Shown: positions 1 through 10,534 of the stretch, piece by piece | How positions within the stretch are numbered: position 1 is the first letter of the stretch | Layout of the letters: each line of letters opens with the position of its first letter | From: Octopus sinensis | Lineage: Eukaryota | DNA: 20,985 bases | Assembly (NCBI RefSeq): GCF_006345805.1 | Contig: NW_021823849.1 | Coordinates: 1-20,985 of the forward strand | Direction: 5' to 3' | The notes under the pieces: generated by a model | Told to the model about the DNA's origin: nothing | Database searches by the model: none | Seen by the model: only the letters and a program-made list of their open reading frames with translations | Program-made: the position numbers and the translations under genes

Positions 1-287
1 CAACATTGAATTTAATTTGCCAAAATATTCTGGCAAATTAAATTTAAATGTTAAAGTGAATCTACTGTTTTTTGTGTGTTTCTTAAATGGCCTATAAACA
101 CCTTCCACGCTGCAAATGTTATAAATTATTTATTAATTGTAATTTTGTCCTGAAATTGTTTATGTTTGTTTTTTGAAGTATAAATAAAACGTCATACTAA
201 AAGCTTTCCTCTCATATCCATCCTTTTTTTTCGTAACAATAACTATTAATAAATAATTTATAAGTATTTTAAAATAGGGAGTTACAT

Positions 288-547
288 TTCACACACACAC
301 ACACCACACACACATATATTATATATATATATATAGTATATATATAGTGTGTGTTGTGTGTGTGTGTGTGGTGTGGGTGGTTGTGTGTGTGGGTGTGGTG
401 TTGTGTGTGTATATATATATATGTATGTATGTATATATGCATATATATTATGCATACATACATACACATGCAACTCACACAACCACAACACACACACACA
501 CACCACACACATATATATATATATATACTAATATAATATATATATAT
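288..547. repeat. Compound microsatellite (CA)n/(TA)n/(TG)n/(TATG)n
   Basis: Dinucleotide and tetranucleotide runs read directly. Confidence 0.95.
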
Positions 548-550
548 ATA

Positions 551-700
551 TATCTATATATATACACCACACACGACGGCTTCTTTCAGTTTCTGTCTGC
601 CAGATCCACTCGCAAGGCTTTGGTTAGCACAAGGCTATAGTAGAAGATACTTGCCCAAGGTGCCACGCAGTGGGACTGAACCCGGAAACATGTGGTTAGC
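551..700 (-). mobile_element. tRNA-derived SINE, partial head plus CORE-like segment (octopus OR-like family, name tentative)
   Basis: Homologous to 18437-18600 and, inverted, to 15682-15760 and 16050-16196. Minus-strand B-box-like GGTTCAGTCCC at 682-672. A box missing. Confidence 0.85.
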
Positions 701-714
701 ACAAGCTATACAAA

Positions 715-716
<2 letters not shown>

Positions 717-749
<33 letters not shown>

Positions 750-886
750 CAATAGTATATATATATATATATATGTACATATATACATACATACATAGAT
801 GCACATACACATATATGCAAATATGTATGCATGTATGTATTTGCACACGCACACATACACATACATACATACACACACAGAGACAG

Positions 887-937
<51 letters not shown>
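717..937. repeat. Compound microsatellite (TA)n/(CATA)n/(CA)n
   Basis: Read directly. Confidence 0.95.
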
Positions 938-938
<1 letters not shown>

Positions 939-1239
939 TGTATAATAACAATCCCAAACATAGAAAGTCTGCCAAAAACGCATCAGCTTCCGGCGTGATA
1001 CAAAACTTAACACTTAAAAAAAATTTATCAACTCTTTCTCCCAACCTCAACCCACTTTATTTCTGCCACTATTTTTCTGGGTCTGTAGTTTTATCTCCTT
1101 GGTCAAATGATGGCAAATATTACTGCAAAATATCCCTGGCAACAGGAAAAGCTCGAAGGCAATAACAGAGGACAAATTAATCTGTGTATGTAGAAATGTG
1201 AAAGGGGGAAAACTGAAATAAAATGAAATAAAATTAGGA

Positions 1240-1410
1240 AAAAAGCAAAATAAGATAGGGAATTGAAGATGAAAGATCACAAAACTGTTTCTGATTTTAT
1301 CTAGCATCAGAATCATAGAAGGAATTATCAAAGAGAAACTGATAAAGTTCCTGCAGAACAAAGAAATATTAAATGGCATTTCAACATTGCATTGCCGTTG
1401 GAAGTATCTA
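1240..1410 (+). pseudogene. Possible highly decayed non-LTR RT fragment (CR1/L2-like)
   Basis: With frameshifts it reads DHKTVS..RIIEGIIKEKLIKFLQNKEILNG/FQHCIAVGS. This resembles the RT segment NYRPISL..KIMExII..L..N.IL..FQHGFR.GRS. The match is weak. Confidence 0.3.
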
Positions 1411-1454
1411 TTTCATATGGCTACTGAAGTATTACCAATCTGATATAAGCATCG

Positions 1455-1455
<1 letters not shown>

Positions 1456-1489
<34 letters not shown>

Positions 1490-1718
1490 ACACACACACA
1501 CACCGACACAACACACACACACACCGACACCACACACACACACAAACGCACACACACATTCCTTTCCTCCGTTCTCTCTCTGTCTCTCTAACTCGCAAAT
1601 ATAGGAATATAGTTTTAGTGTTTGTACTTGTCTGTATCTGACTCGATGAACAGCCAGCCATATGCAAGCATATACGCATATGCGAAGATAGAAAGAGAGA
1701 AAAACGATAAAGGCGTGT

Positions 1719-1753
<35 letters not shown>

Positions 1754-1767
1754 GATAGATAGATATA

Positions 1768-1804
<37 letters not shown>

Positions 1805-1806
1805 AG
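1456..1806. repeat. (CA)n at 1456-1558 and (TA)n/(GATA)n at 1719-1806
   Basis: Read directly. Confidence 0.9.
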
Positions 1807-2117
1807 GTTGATGTATGAATGCATGGATGACAGGAGAGATAAAGCGGTTAGAAAATGAAACAAGGAACGGGACTAGACGCGCAAGAGTTTTAATCTGGTA
1901 CGTATCCTGACCTTGATTCAAATCCCTCCAAGACTAACTTAATTTTTTGATCCCTACGCCGTCCCTAAATCTAAGATTGATAATAAAAGTACTTATCTGA
2001 CGAAGGAATACTGTTTATAACACGTTCTAAACCGGACCCTTTTTGCATCACCCATCTAAAGCACACACATATGCTTATACAGTTATTTGTTCAAACACGC
2101 GCATGTATGCATATTGT

Positions 2118-2122
2118 GTATA

Positions 2123-2183
<61 letters not shown>

Positions 2184-2473
2184 GTGTGTGTGTGTGCTTG
2201 TGTGTGTGTGTGTGTGTACGTATTTATGTATGTATGTGTGCAGATTTGTATGCATTCTCATGCATATAATTGCCATACTAGGAATGGTCATATATATTTA
2301 AATGATAAACTTCTGGAAAGTTTTACAGATTTTTACAGTTCCAGTGATGGATTTGATCTGTAGTCTTCGAATTATTTTTTCCCCTTTCTGGTTTTGAGAA
2401 GCCTAATGCATGTGTGTATTATGAATATATATATCTATGTATATGTATGATATAGATATATATATTATATATA

Positions 2474-2546
<73 letters not shown>

Positions 2547-2598
2547 TATATATTATATTATATATATATATTTATATATCTATAATATATATTATATA

Positions 2599-2643
<45 letters not shown>

Positions 2644-2970
2644 CGTGTGTGTGTGTGTGTATTTGTGTGTGGATGTGTGCATGTACTCGCGTGCACTTTT
2701 GAATATAGAAACTAAAAACTATAAGTATTCAAAACAAATAAGTACAGTGCATACATACACACACCACACATATACATACATACATGCATGCATACATGCA
2801 TACATACATACATACATACATACATACATACATACATACTACATACATACATACATACATGCAAACATGCAAACATACATACATACATACATACATACAT
2901 ACATACATACATACATACATACATACATACAAATAGACAGACATACAGATAAACAGGCAGACAGGTAGAC
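2118..2970. repeat. Cluster of compound microsatellites: (TA)n, (TG)n, (TATG)n, (CATA)n, (GACA)n
   Basis: Runs at about 2118-2238, 2410-2675 and 2749-2970, separated by short unique spacers. Confidence 0.95.
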
Positions 2971-2994
2971 AGACTGACGAAGACAAAAAAAAAT

Positions 2995-3290
2995 AAGGTA
3001 AGTACTGTCATAGAGGTCACCTGATTTGCTGATGTGAACATCTCTTCGAAAATTCAAGAGAGAATGAAGATAATTATAAACATCTGCTTCCAAGCCTTCT
3101 GTTTCTGTACCCAGATCATAAATTCACATTTATACCCACAACAATTGGTGCCGTTGGTTTTGCCCGTAAATGCCGTTATAACAAACTGAAAAAACTGGGG
3201 GTTTAGAAAAAGAAACCAAGCAACGAACACGTACAGTAAAAAGACAATCTGTAAGGGGAATAAAATAATGTATGCATGTCTTTTTTCAAG
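2995..3290 (+). mobile_element. 3' fragment of an R4/Dong-like (restriction-like endonuclease) non-LTR retrotransposon
   Basis: With one stop and frameshifts it reads KVSTVIEVT*FADVNISSKIQE/EDNYKHLLPSLLFLYPDHKFTFIPTTIGAVGFARKCRYNKLKKLG. This matches the C-terminal REL pattern IE(V/I)xxPxDxN...K..EK...Y..L...L..LY....IP..IGA.G...L..LG. The upstream PD motif is absent. Confidence 0.65.
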
Positions 3291-3550
3291 TTCAAAAATG
3301 TGACATCGTTTTTGTTATCTACATTCCAATGATGGAGCTTTCTACCTTTGTCCGAATCCGACAGCTTCCTTACAGGAAAACACAAAATCATTAAAAACAG
3401 AAGAGAACATAAATAAATTGAACTGTGTCAGTGACCCGGTCACAGTTGGTACGACGAAACTTTTGACGTCAAATAATTTATGATTAAGTGAAGTCCACAG
3501 CTTTTGTGCGTCGAAATGGTTAATATATGTCTTCCAAGCGAAACTGTTAC

Positions 3551-3551
3551 A

Positions 3552-3617
<66 letters not shown>

Positions 3618-3690
3618 ATGTGTGTATGCGTGCGTGTACATGTGGTATATGCATCACACACACACACACACACCACACACACACACACAC
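3551..3690. repeat. (CA)n microsatellite
   Basis: Read directly. Confidence 0.95.
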
Positions 3691-3757
3691 AGAGTTCAAA
3701 TTTACAGAAAAAAGAGACGAGGATAGGTGAAGGAACAAAAAGCAGGTCTATTAGTTT

Positions 3758-3811
3758 AACGCTCGGGAAGAATGGAATCCTTTGACGTTTCAGAGCTACG
3801 CTCTTCGACAG
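3758..3811 (-). ncRNA. Degenerate hammerhead-ribozyme-like motif, possibly a Penelope-type pLTR remnant
   Basis: Minus strand reads CTGTCGA-AGAGC-gta-GCTCT-GAAAC-GT...GCGTT. It has a 5-bp stem II, an intact GAAA, a short stem III and a GUH triplet. The core is CTGTCGA instead of CTGANGA, and stem I was not found. Confidence 0.45.
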
Positions 3812-3955
3812 AGAGGATTAAGAGGGGGAAAAATGGAGAGTGAACAAAAAAGAAAAAAACCGGAGAGAGAACAAACGAAAAAACCCCGGAGAAAACAAAA
3901 AAAAAAAAACGGAGAGAAAAAATATGAGTAGGAATTAACGGTTCAACATGATGAA

Positions 3956-3956
3956 A

Positions 3957-3992
<36 letters not shown>

Positions 3993-4240
3993 TGTATGTA
4001 TGTATGTATGTATGTATGTATGTATGTATGTTACTGTTTCTGGTCAAATATTCCGATATATTCTTGGCTTTTCAGCAGTTTGGGTCATTGACATTTTGTA
4101 GGTAAGAATTCATTCTGACACCAAATAATAAATGATTGACTCAGTGAAGTTAAAAGTTTTCGAATATCCAATACGTGTCTTTCACAGTGTTATTGTTATG
4201 TTTATACATACATACATACATACATACATACATACATACA

Positions 4241-4273
<33 letters not shown>

Positions 4274-4386
4274 GTATGTATATATATATATGCATACATG
4301 CTTGTATATATATATATATCTATATATATATATATTATATATATACACATATATATACATACATGTATATACATATATATATACAT

Positions 4387-4419
<33 letters not shown>

Positions 4420-4492
4420 AATACATCCATACGTATGTATGTATATATGTATGCATGTAAATATATATATATATATATATATATGTAGTATG

Positions 4493-4551
<59 letters not shown>

Positions 4552-4600
4552 CATACATACATACATACATACATACATACATACATACATACATACATAC
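3956..4600. repeat. (TATG)n at 3956-4030 and (CATA)n/(TA)n at 4203-4600
   Basis: Read directly. Confidence 0.95.
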
Positions 4601-4899
4601 GTATAGATGTATATATTTATATGTTTGTATGAATTGTATTGATATATGTATATGTTGTTGTTTTTGATAGAGAATTCGGACAAATTCTTGGTGTCTCACC
4701 AATTCGGATAATTGACAGTTTGTATCGAAAATTCTTCAAAGTTTCAATATATGCTTGCACAGAAAATTGAAACGTGCTAAGAAGCTTCAAGAAACCACTA
4801 AATATTATTCCTAATTTTAGTTTTTATTGCAGTGAACATCTTTTGGTTTATAACCAACCTCATTATATTCATGCTGAATATGTGCCATGGAAAGATCGT

Positions 4900-5237
4900 G
4901 CTAGCAATAACATTTTGGGAGCATAGCCGAAATGGAATAATTCGAGAGGGGAGTGGAGAAAACAACGTGATTTTAGAATACTCAAAACACATGTTCCCCT
5001 GGACCGGACATGTCACAAGGTACGCAGGCAAGAGGTGGACATTTACAGTTGTCGAGTGTTATTCAAGAGATCGGGAAATGCCACTTGGAAGGCCTCTACG
5101 ATCACGGGAAGACAACTTGGTTAAACGATGTGGCTCATGATGGAAACTAAAAGCGCAATCAAGAAAGGTTTTGGAAGCGCATTGTGATCAGCGGAGTATT
5201 ACAACATCCAATATTCTGATCGATACAGTGATATAGT
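4900..5237 (+). mobile_element. 3' end of an RTE-clade LINE, decayed
   Basis: Reads WEHSRNGIIRE...PWTGHVTRYAGKRWTFTVVECYSRDREMPLGRPLRSREDNL. This matches the RTE C-terminal pattern RN..IR...W.GHV.R....RW...V.EW.PR...R..GRP..RW.D.L. It ends in a short GATACAGTGATA-type tail. Confidence 0.75.
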
Positions 5238-5623
5238 CTTTAATTGATCTACCCCTAATTTCAGAGGTCTGTAAGTACTGAATAATATTTTTTTTCTACA
5301 GTCTTGAACTGCGATCCTGCTGAATGCAACTCCTTCGAAGCTTTTAGTCTTTACCTGATGCTAACAATTACACCTGGTCATTCCTCTAGAATTTTCACCC
5401 AGTTCATGCATTCCCGAGAATCATCAACATGCAACTGTTGAAAACGTACATTACCTTCGTGCATCTCACCAATCTTAAATAACCTACCATTGCTGTCCTA
5501 AAAATTTTCCTTGATTTTGTAGTTTTAGTAAACCAATTCCTTCTTACGTTCTGAAAAATCCAAAGGTTTCCTTTTGTAACTCCCAAGTTACTCTGGTTGT
5601 TGGAAAGCATTGGGAATGTAATA

Positions 5624-6037
5624 TGGGGCGACAACGCTAGGCAGTGATGTGTACAAATACAAATACCAACTTGCTACCAGTTCAATATACCTGAAGCATA
5701 TTCGAACACGTAATAAAATAATTTACTGTATTTTGTCATAGAGAAAATTTCTCGGCGAAGACAAATAGGTGTAAATACACTGACTCAGCTCACAGTGTCG
5801 CATAACCAAACTGTTGGACGCATGCATTTTGGAGTAGTTACTTCCTCTTCAGAAGCAGAGACCGAAAAGGTTGATGCTGCGAACTGACACAAGAGACCTG
5901 TCCCTCTTACAATATTCCCGTCATCATTCACTGATTGGTTGTGCTATTCAATGTACAGGTTCGAATATGGATCAATCATATTTAAACTGGTAACAAGTTT
6001 GTAGTTATGCACATCGCTGCTGAGTGAAGTCACCCCG
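5624..6037. mobile_element. 414-bp MITE with imperfect TIRs of about 80 bp and TA flanks (Tc1/mariner-type)
   Basis: TA at 5622-5623 and 6038-6039. The termini TGGGGCGAC and GTCACCCCG match at 20 of the first 28 positions. TIR similarity continues to CATATTCGAAC (5697-5707) and GTTCGAATATG (5959-5969). Confidence 0.6.
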
Positions 6038-6059
6038 TATTTTGTTTACTGCGAGCCGC

Positions 6060-6346
6060 TGAATAGCACAACCAGTCATTGAACGACGACAGGAATATTA
6101 TAGGAAGGGCTTGTCCCTCGTACCATTTCGCAGCGTTTGCCTTTCTGGTTTCTGGTGTTGAGGAGACGATAACCACTCCGAAATGCATGCATCATACACT
6201 CTTGTTGAGTGATGCTGTGAACTGACTCAGTGCATTTACACCCATTTGTCTACAACGAGAAATTTCCTCCACGACAAAATACAGTGAATGTCTTTCCTGC
6301 GGGTTCGAATATACCTCAGGCATATTAGAGCTGTCAACAACTTTCT
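6060..6346 (-). repeat. Inverted diverged copy of about 5669-5950
   Basis: Collinear inverted matches, including perfect blocks 5936-5950/6060-6074 (15 nt), 5820-5829/6181-6190 (10 nt) and 5725-5737/6273-6285 (13 nt). Confidence 0.85.
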
Positions 6347-7059
6347 ATTGGGAATGAAAATGTATCGTATAGGATGCATGGGCGTCAGGGCAATAGGTCC
6401 TGTGTATCACATGTAATGCACATGACACACAGAGTGTTAAATGAAATCGATAAAAACAAATCAGGGTGATTTAAGTAAGATCGATAATACGGTAGAGCTC
6501 TTTCATTTGATTATATTTCTTTTTGCCAACTAAAAATTTCTCGAATTTGTACAAATGAAAGTCATGATCACACACAACTTTACTATTTGAAGAATTCAAT
6601 CTAATCACATATATTTATATAGTATGCCGATTTAAAATCAGATTTATGTTTTCGTTTCTTGGATTAAAAGTTTGTCACGAATTCTTCAACATATTTATTG
6701 CTATAGCATGTAATCTTCATTTCCCAGCTTCATTAAAAACCCCAAATCTAAAACAAAAACCAAACGAAAAACCAGCCCCAAAAAGACCCAATACGCATTT
6801 CTGTTTACTCAAGATTTTGAACATTTACATTTTACGGGCATGACGGTGAACTGTGAAAGAAATACTTTATAAATATATTGAAAATGTCAAAGCAGTAGAA
6901 ACATTTATTTAGATGAATGGAGATCAATATTTTGTTATAAATGAGTGTCTTTATGGCGTTAATGGACAAGTGTTAATTCGCTTATTAAACAAGCTAAGTT
7001 AATATGCAATATGCGAAAGTGATGTATGATTAATTAGTTCTGACTGTCGGACTGTCAGC

Positions 7060-7159
7060 TAGCCTGCCTGCTTGACTGCCTGTCTGTCTGCCTGTCTTTC
7101 TATCTCCCTCTCTATGTATATATATATAATATATATATATAATATGCGTGTATTTCACA

Positions 7160-7211
<52 letters not shown>

Positions 7212-7293
7212 TTATATATATAGACACATTTATATATAAATACATACATATATATATACATAAAAACACAAATATACGTGCACACACACACAC

Positions 7294-7357
<64 letters not shown>

Positions 7358-8165
7358 TAAAATGTGTATATATATATACACGCACATATATATATATATA
7401 AATATAAATATGTATATGTGTGTATATATATACATATATATATGTCTATATATATATACGCTTACATATACATATATATATATATATGTGTGTATGTATG
7501 TGTTTTATATCTATATACACACATATATACATATGTATGTATGTATATATGTATGTATCTATGTATGTATATGTATATATGTATATATATATGAATGTAT
7601 GTATGAATGTATGCATGTAGGTTGGTAGCAACGTGTGTGTGTGTGTGTGTGCGATGTGTGCATGACGTTGGGTGGTTAATTAATTCCATTTTAATAGAAT
7701 GCGTGGAAACCTTTCCTACGTCGCTGAAGCGAATGCTGCGCTGTGGAACCGATGTGTTTATGTGTCAGTGTGTGTTGTATAATATTGATTTTTAAATATA
7801 CTTCAACTAAGAACCTGATTAAATTTCTTCTAACCGAAGATTTCCGAACTGTACGATTTCAGCAAATATTAACACACACACACACACCCACGCACGCACA
7901 CACGCACACACACACACCACACACACACACACATACACACACACACACATACGCACACGCGCACATACTTTCACACATACACACACACGCACGCATGCAC
8001 CCACAAAGAATATTCATTATAAAACAACACCTGTGTTTAGTTATCTCCTCTAGGTTAACTAAAACACACACACTCACACACGCACACACACAGATTGCAC
8101 ACATACACACGCGTACACTGACACGCATACAAACACACACACACACACACACACATACACGTGCA
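7060..8165. repeat. Cluster of compound microsatellites: (TCTG)n, (TA)n, (GA)n, (CA)n, (TATG)n, (TG)n
   Basis: Read directly, with a unique spacer at about 7660-7870. Confidence 0.95.
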
Positions 8166-8205
8166 CAGCCATCTATACATAGATGTCATTTAAACCGAGA
8201 CAGTA

Positions 8206-8256
8206 TCTTCTTCTTCTTCTTCTTCTTCTTCTTCATACTATTATTATTATTATTGT

Positions 8257-8300
<44 letters not shown>

Positions 8301-8336
8301 TTATTATTATTATTATTATTATTATCATTATTATTA

Positions 8337-8413
<77 letters not shown>
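8206..8413. repeat. Trinucleotide array (TTC)n-(ACT)n-(ATT)n, left flank of the LINE
   Basis: Read directly. A pure ATT run abuts the element at 8413. Confidence 0.95.
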
Positions 8414-8414
<1 letters not shown>

Positions 8415-8641
8415 CTTCCGACGCCGATGGACGTACGTGAATCAGCTCCGTGAATTTGACACCAATTTCATTGGAAATCTATTGATAGGTTTGAATATTT
8501 TTAATATTTTTGTAGCCAAACCGACCGGCTTCTTGCGGAGCTCGTTGGTTGGGCGAAATTTGCCCCATTCGGGGTGTGAAATTACGTTTTAAAATTTGAA
8601 CATTTGACATTTTTCAACATTTTGAATATTACAAAAAAAAC

Positions 8642-10497
8642 ATGGCTATGAAGCGAACAGTTGGCTGTTCCTTCCTTCAAGATACATTCCCTCCGCAAAC
8701 ACACACAAACTCGTCCAAAACACCCACTTCACGCCTTAAAAGGCAACAAAGATCCTCCTTCCGAACCGGAGAGCACGCGCTCCGTTCAAAAGGAGAATGC
8801 AAGCCAGGACGTCGCGTTCGACGTAATTCTCGATTTTCCCCCTCTGCCTTCACCCAATGCTTTGGTACGGAAGAGGAGGAAAAAAAAAAAAACAAATACA
8901 AAAATCATCACAAACATTGACACGGAGATAAAAGAAAAAACTTCCAACAATTTTGCTTCTGCTGCGAAGCAAATTTCGGAGGAAGTTAAGATAACTCTAG
9001 AAGATGTGAAAAGAGCGAAGGAGTTGTTGAGGAAGGATGGCATGGCATCTTCCTCAATACTCCACAAGAGGTGATTGAAAGCACCAACAGAAAACAATAA
9101 TTACAAAGTTTTCGACAGAAAACTAAAAAGAATAACAAATGCACACCCCAACAGTTGGAGATAGCTCTAAAGCCATTTGGGCCAAAAGAGCTACGTAACC
9201 AAGGGGAAGCGTTTGGAACCGTGGAGGTTCGCTTCCCAACAGAGGAGCTTGCAAGGGCGAACGCCATTTCGCCCTTGCAAACTGAGAATTTGTTACTAGT
9301 TCCGACCCACCTCGGGCGAAGAGTAACAAAAATAAAAATCGACCTCGCCCCCCTGAGCTAGATATGTCATGGCTGGTGGCAGCTGTCCTATATTATAGAG
9401 GACTCTACCACCATTCTAGATGTCAGGAGAGTGAGGGCGAAAAAAACTGGTTGGGATGGGAGTGCTGCTTCTTGCGCAAATCAGCAAGACAATATAAGTA
9501 AAGTCCCTGATTTCGTAAGTTTGCCGGACGGCACCAGGCTAAACGTTGCTGTGGAGGGGCGAAAGCCAAAATGTTTTCTCTTGCAGCAGCGACGAAAGCC
9601 ACTTAAAGAGGGACTGTCCCATTCACAAAAAGAGGATGGAGGCTTTCAGCAAGAGGCAGCAGCAACAACAACAACAACAACAACAAACAACACAAGCAAC
9701 AACAACAGAAACAACAAAAACAGCAAGAAACACCAAAGGCTGCCACACCACCAACACCATCACCAACACCAGCACCAAGACGAACAACACCACCTCCAAC
9801 AACAACAACCACCACCAAACCAACACCGACAACCACCACCAAACCAACACCGACACCAGTACCTCGAAGGTCGACAGCAGCGACATCAATAGTAACAGGA
9901 GCAGCGGCACCACCGATACCGGCGGAACCAAAAACTTTTCGTCCTGCTACTGAAGCAGACCCCTCAACCATTCCTTTGCCGGATGAAGAGATCTCGGATT
10001 GTGCGAGCTCTGATTCCAACAAAGGAGAATGGAACATAGTGCCTCCAAAAAAGAAAAGGAGGAAAAAACAAAAAGATTTACAGGGGAAACACGAACAAAT
10101 AGTACTTCCCAACATCAACAACAACACACACTCACAACAACAAACAACAACAACAACACTTTCGACACCACTACTGCCACTACCACAGACACAAACAAAC
10201 ACAGACACAATTACAGACACGATTACAGCAGTGAATACAAGAAACCAGGAACTGGTTGAGTATTTGAAAAACAAAACAAGCACAAACATTACAGATTTCA
10301 TAATACCTACACACAACACACCACCAGCACACATTCTCACAATAAAAATAAACAAAACAGTTTACAACGAAAAACAAATATTCCCTAACGATGTGGGATC
10401 GTTAGGGAAAAGTTTCTCTCAGAAACTTTACAAAAATATTATTGAAGCACCCGTGCAAAAGCACAAGGGAGCCACCCACCACAACAACAGTAAGTAG
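8642..10497 (+). CDS. LINE ORF1 (gag-like RNA-binding protein), frameshifted as assembled
   Basis: First ATG at 8642 and TAG at 10495-10497. Segments include FASAAK, an RRM-like FGTVEVRFPTEELA, and VPDFVSLPDGTRLNVAVEGRKPK followed by the knuckle CFSCSSDESHLKRDC once one T is removed. A basic WNIVPPKKKRRKK motif and a Q/T/N-rich C-terminal half follow. The start and the frame of the low-complexity part are uncertain. Confidence 0.75.
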
Positions 10498-10534
10498 AGC
10501 CTTTTTTCTCCTTTTTTTCCCCTAACTTTTGAAC

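Noticed and set aside
1895-1995. Possible very old SINE fragment with B-box-like GATTCAAATCC
   Set aside because: Too degenerate to support without a consensus alignment.
5286-5440. Possible exon after a polypyrimidine-CAG acceptor; also AG/GTAAG at about 4099-4105
   Set aside because: Isolated splice-like motifs are common in AT-rich DNA, and the translations resemble nothing I recognise.
6500-6561. 10-bp inverted repeat CTTTCATTTG/CAAATGAAAG
   Set aside because: Short and AT-rich, so expected by chance.
269-8453. Dozens of ORFs rich in YI, CV, HT, MYVC or poly-L/I, including the 236-aa ORF at 7743-8453
   Set aside because: They are translations of (TA)n, (CA)n, (CATA)n and (ATT)n, which lack stops in some frames. 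The poly-L or poly-I pseudo-transmembrane stretches are artefacts.
8515-8590. HDV-like ribozyme at the LINE 5' end
   Set aside because: P1-like and P3-like pairings can be drawn, but P2 and the catalytic C in J4/2 could not be placed. It is reported only as a structured UTR.
9603-10355. 250-aa minus-strand ORF and other antisense ORFs across the LINE
   Set aside because: These are shadow frames of the CAA-rich ORF1 and GC-rich ORF2, with no recognisable motifs.
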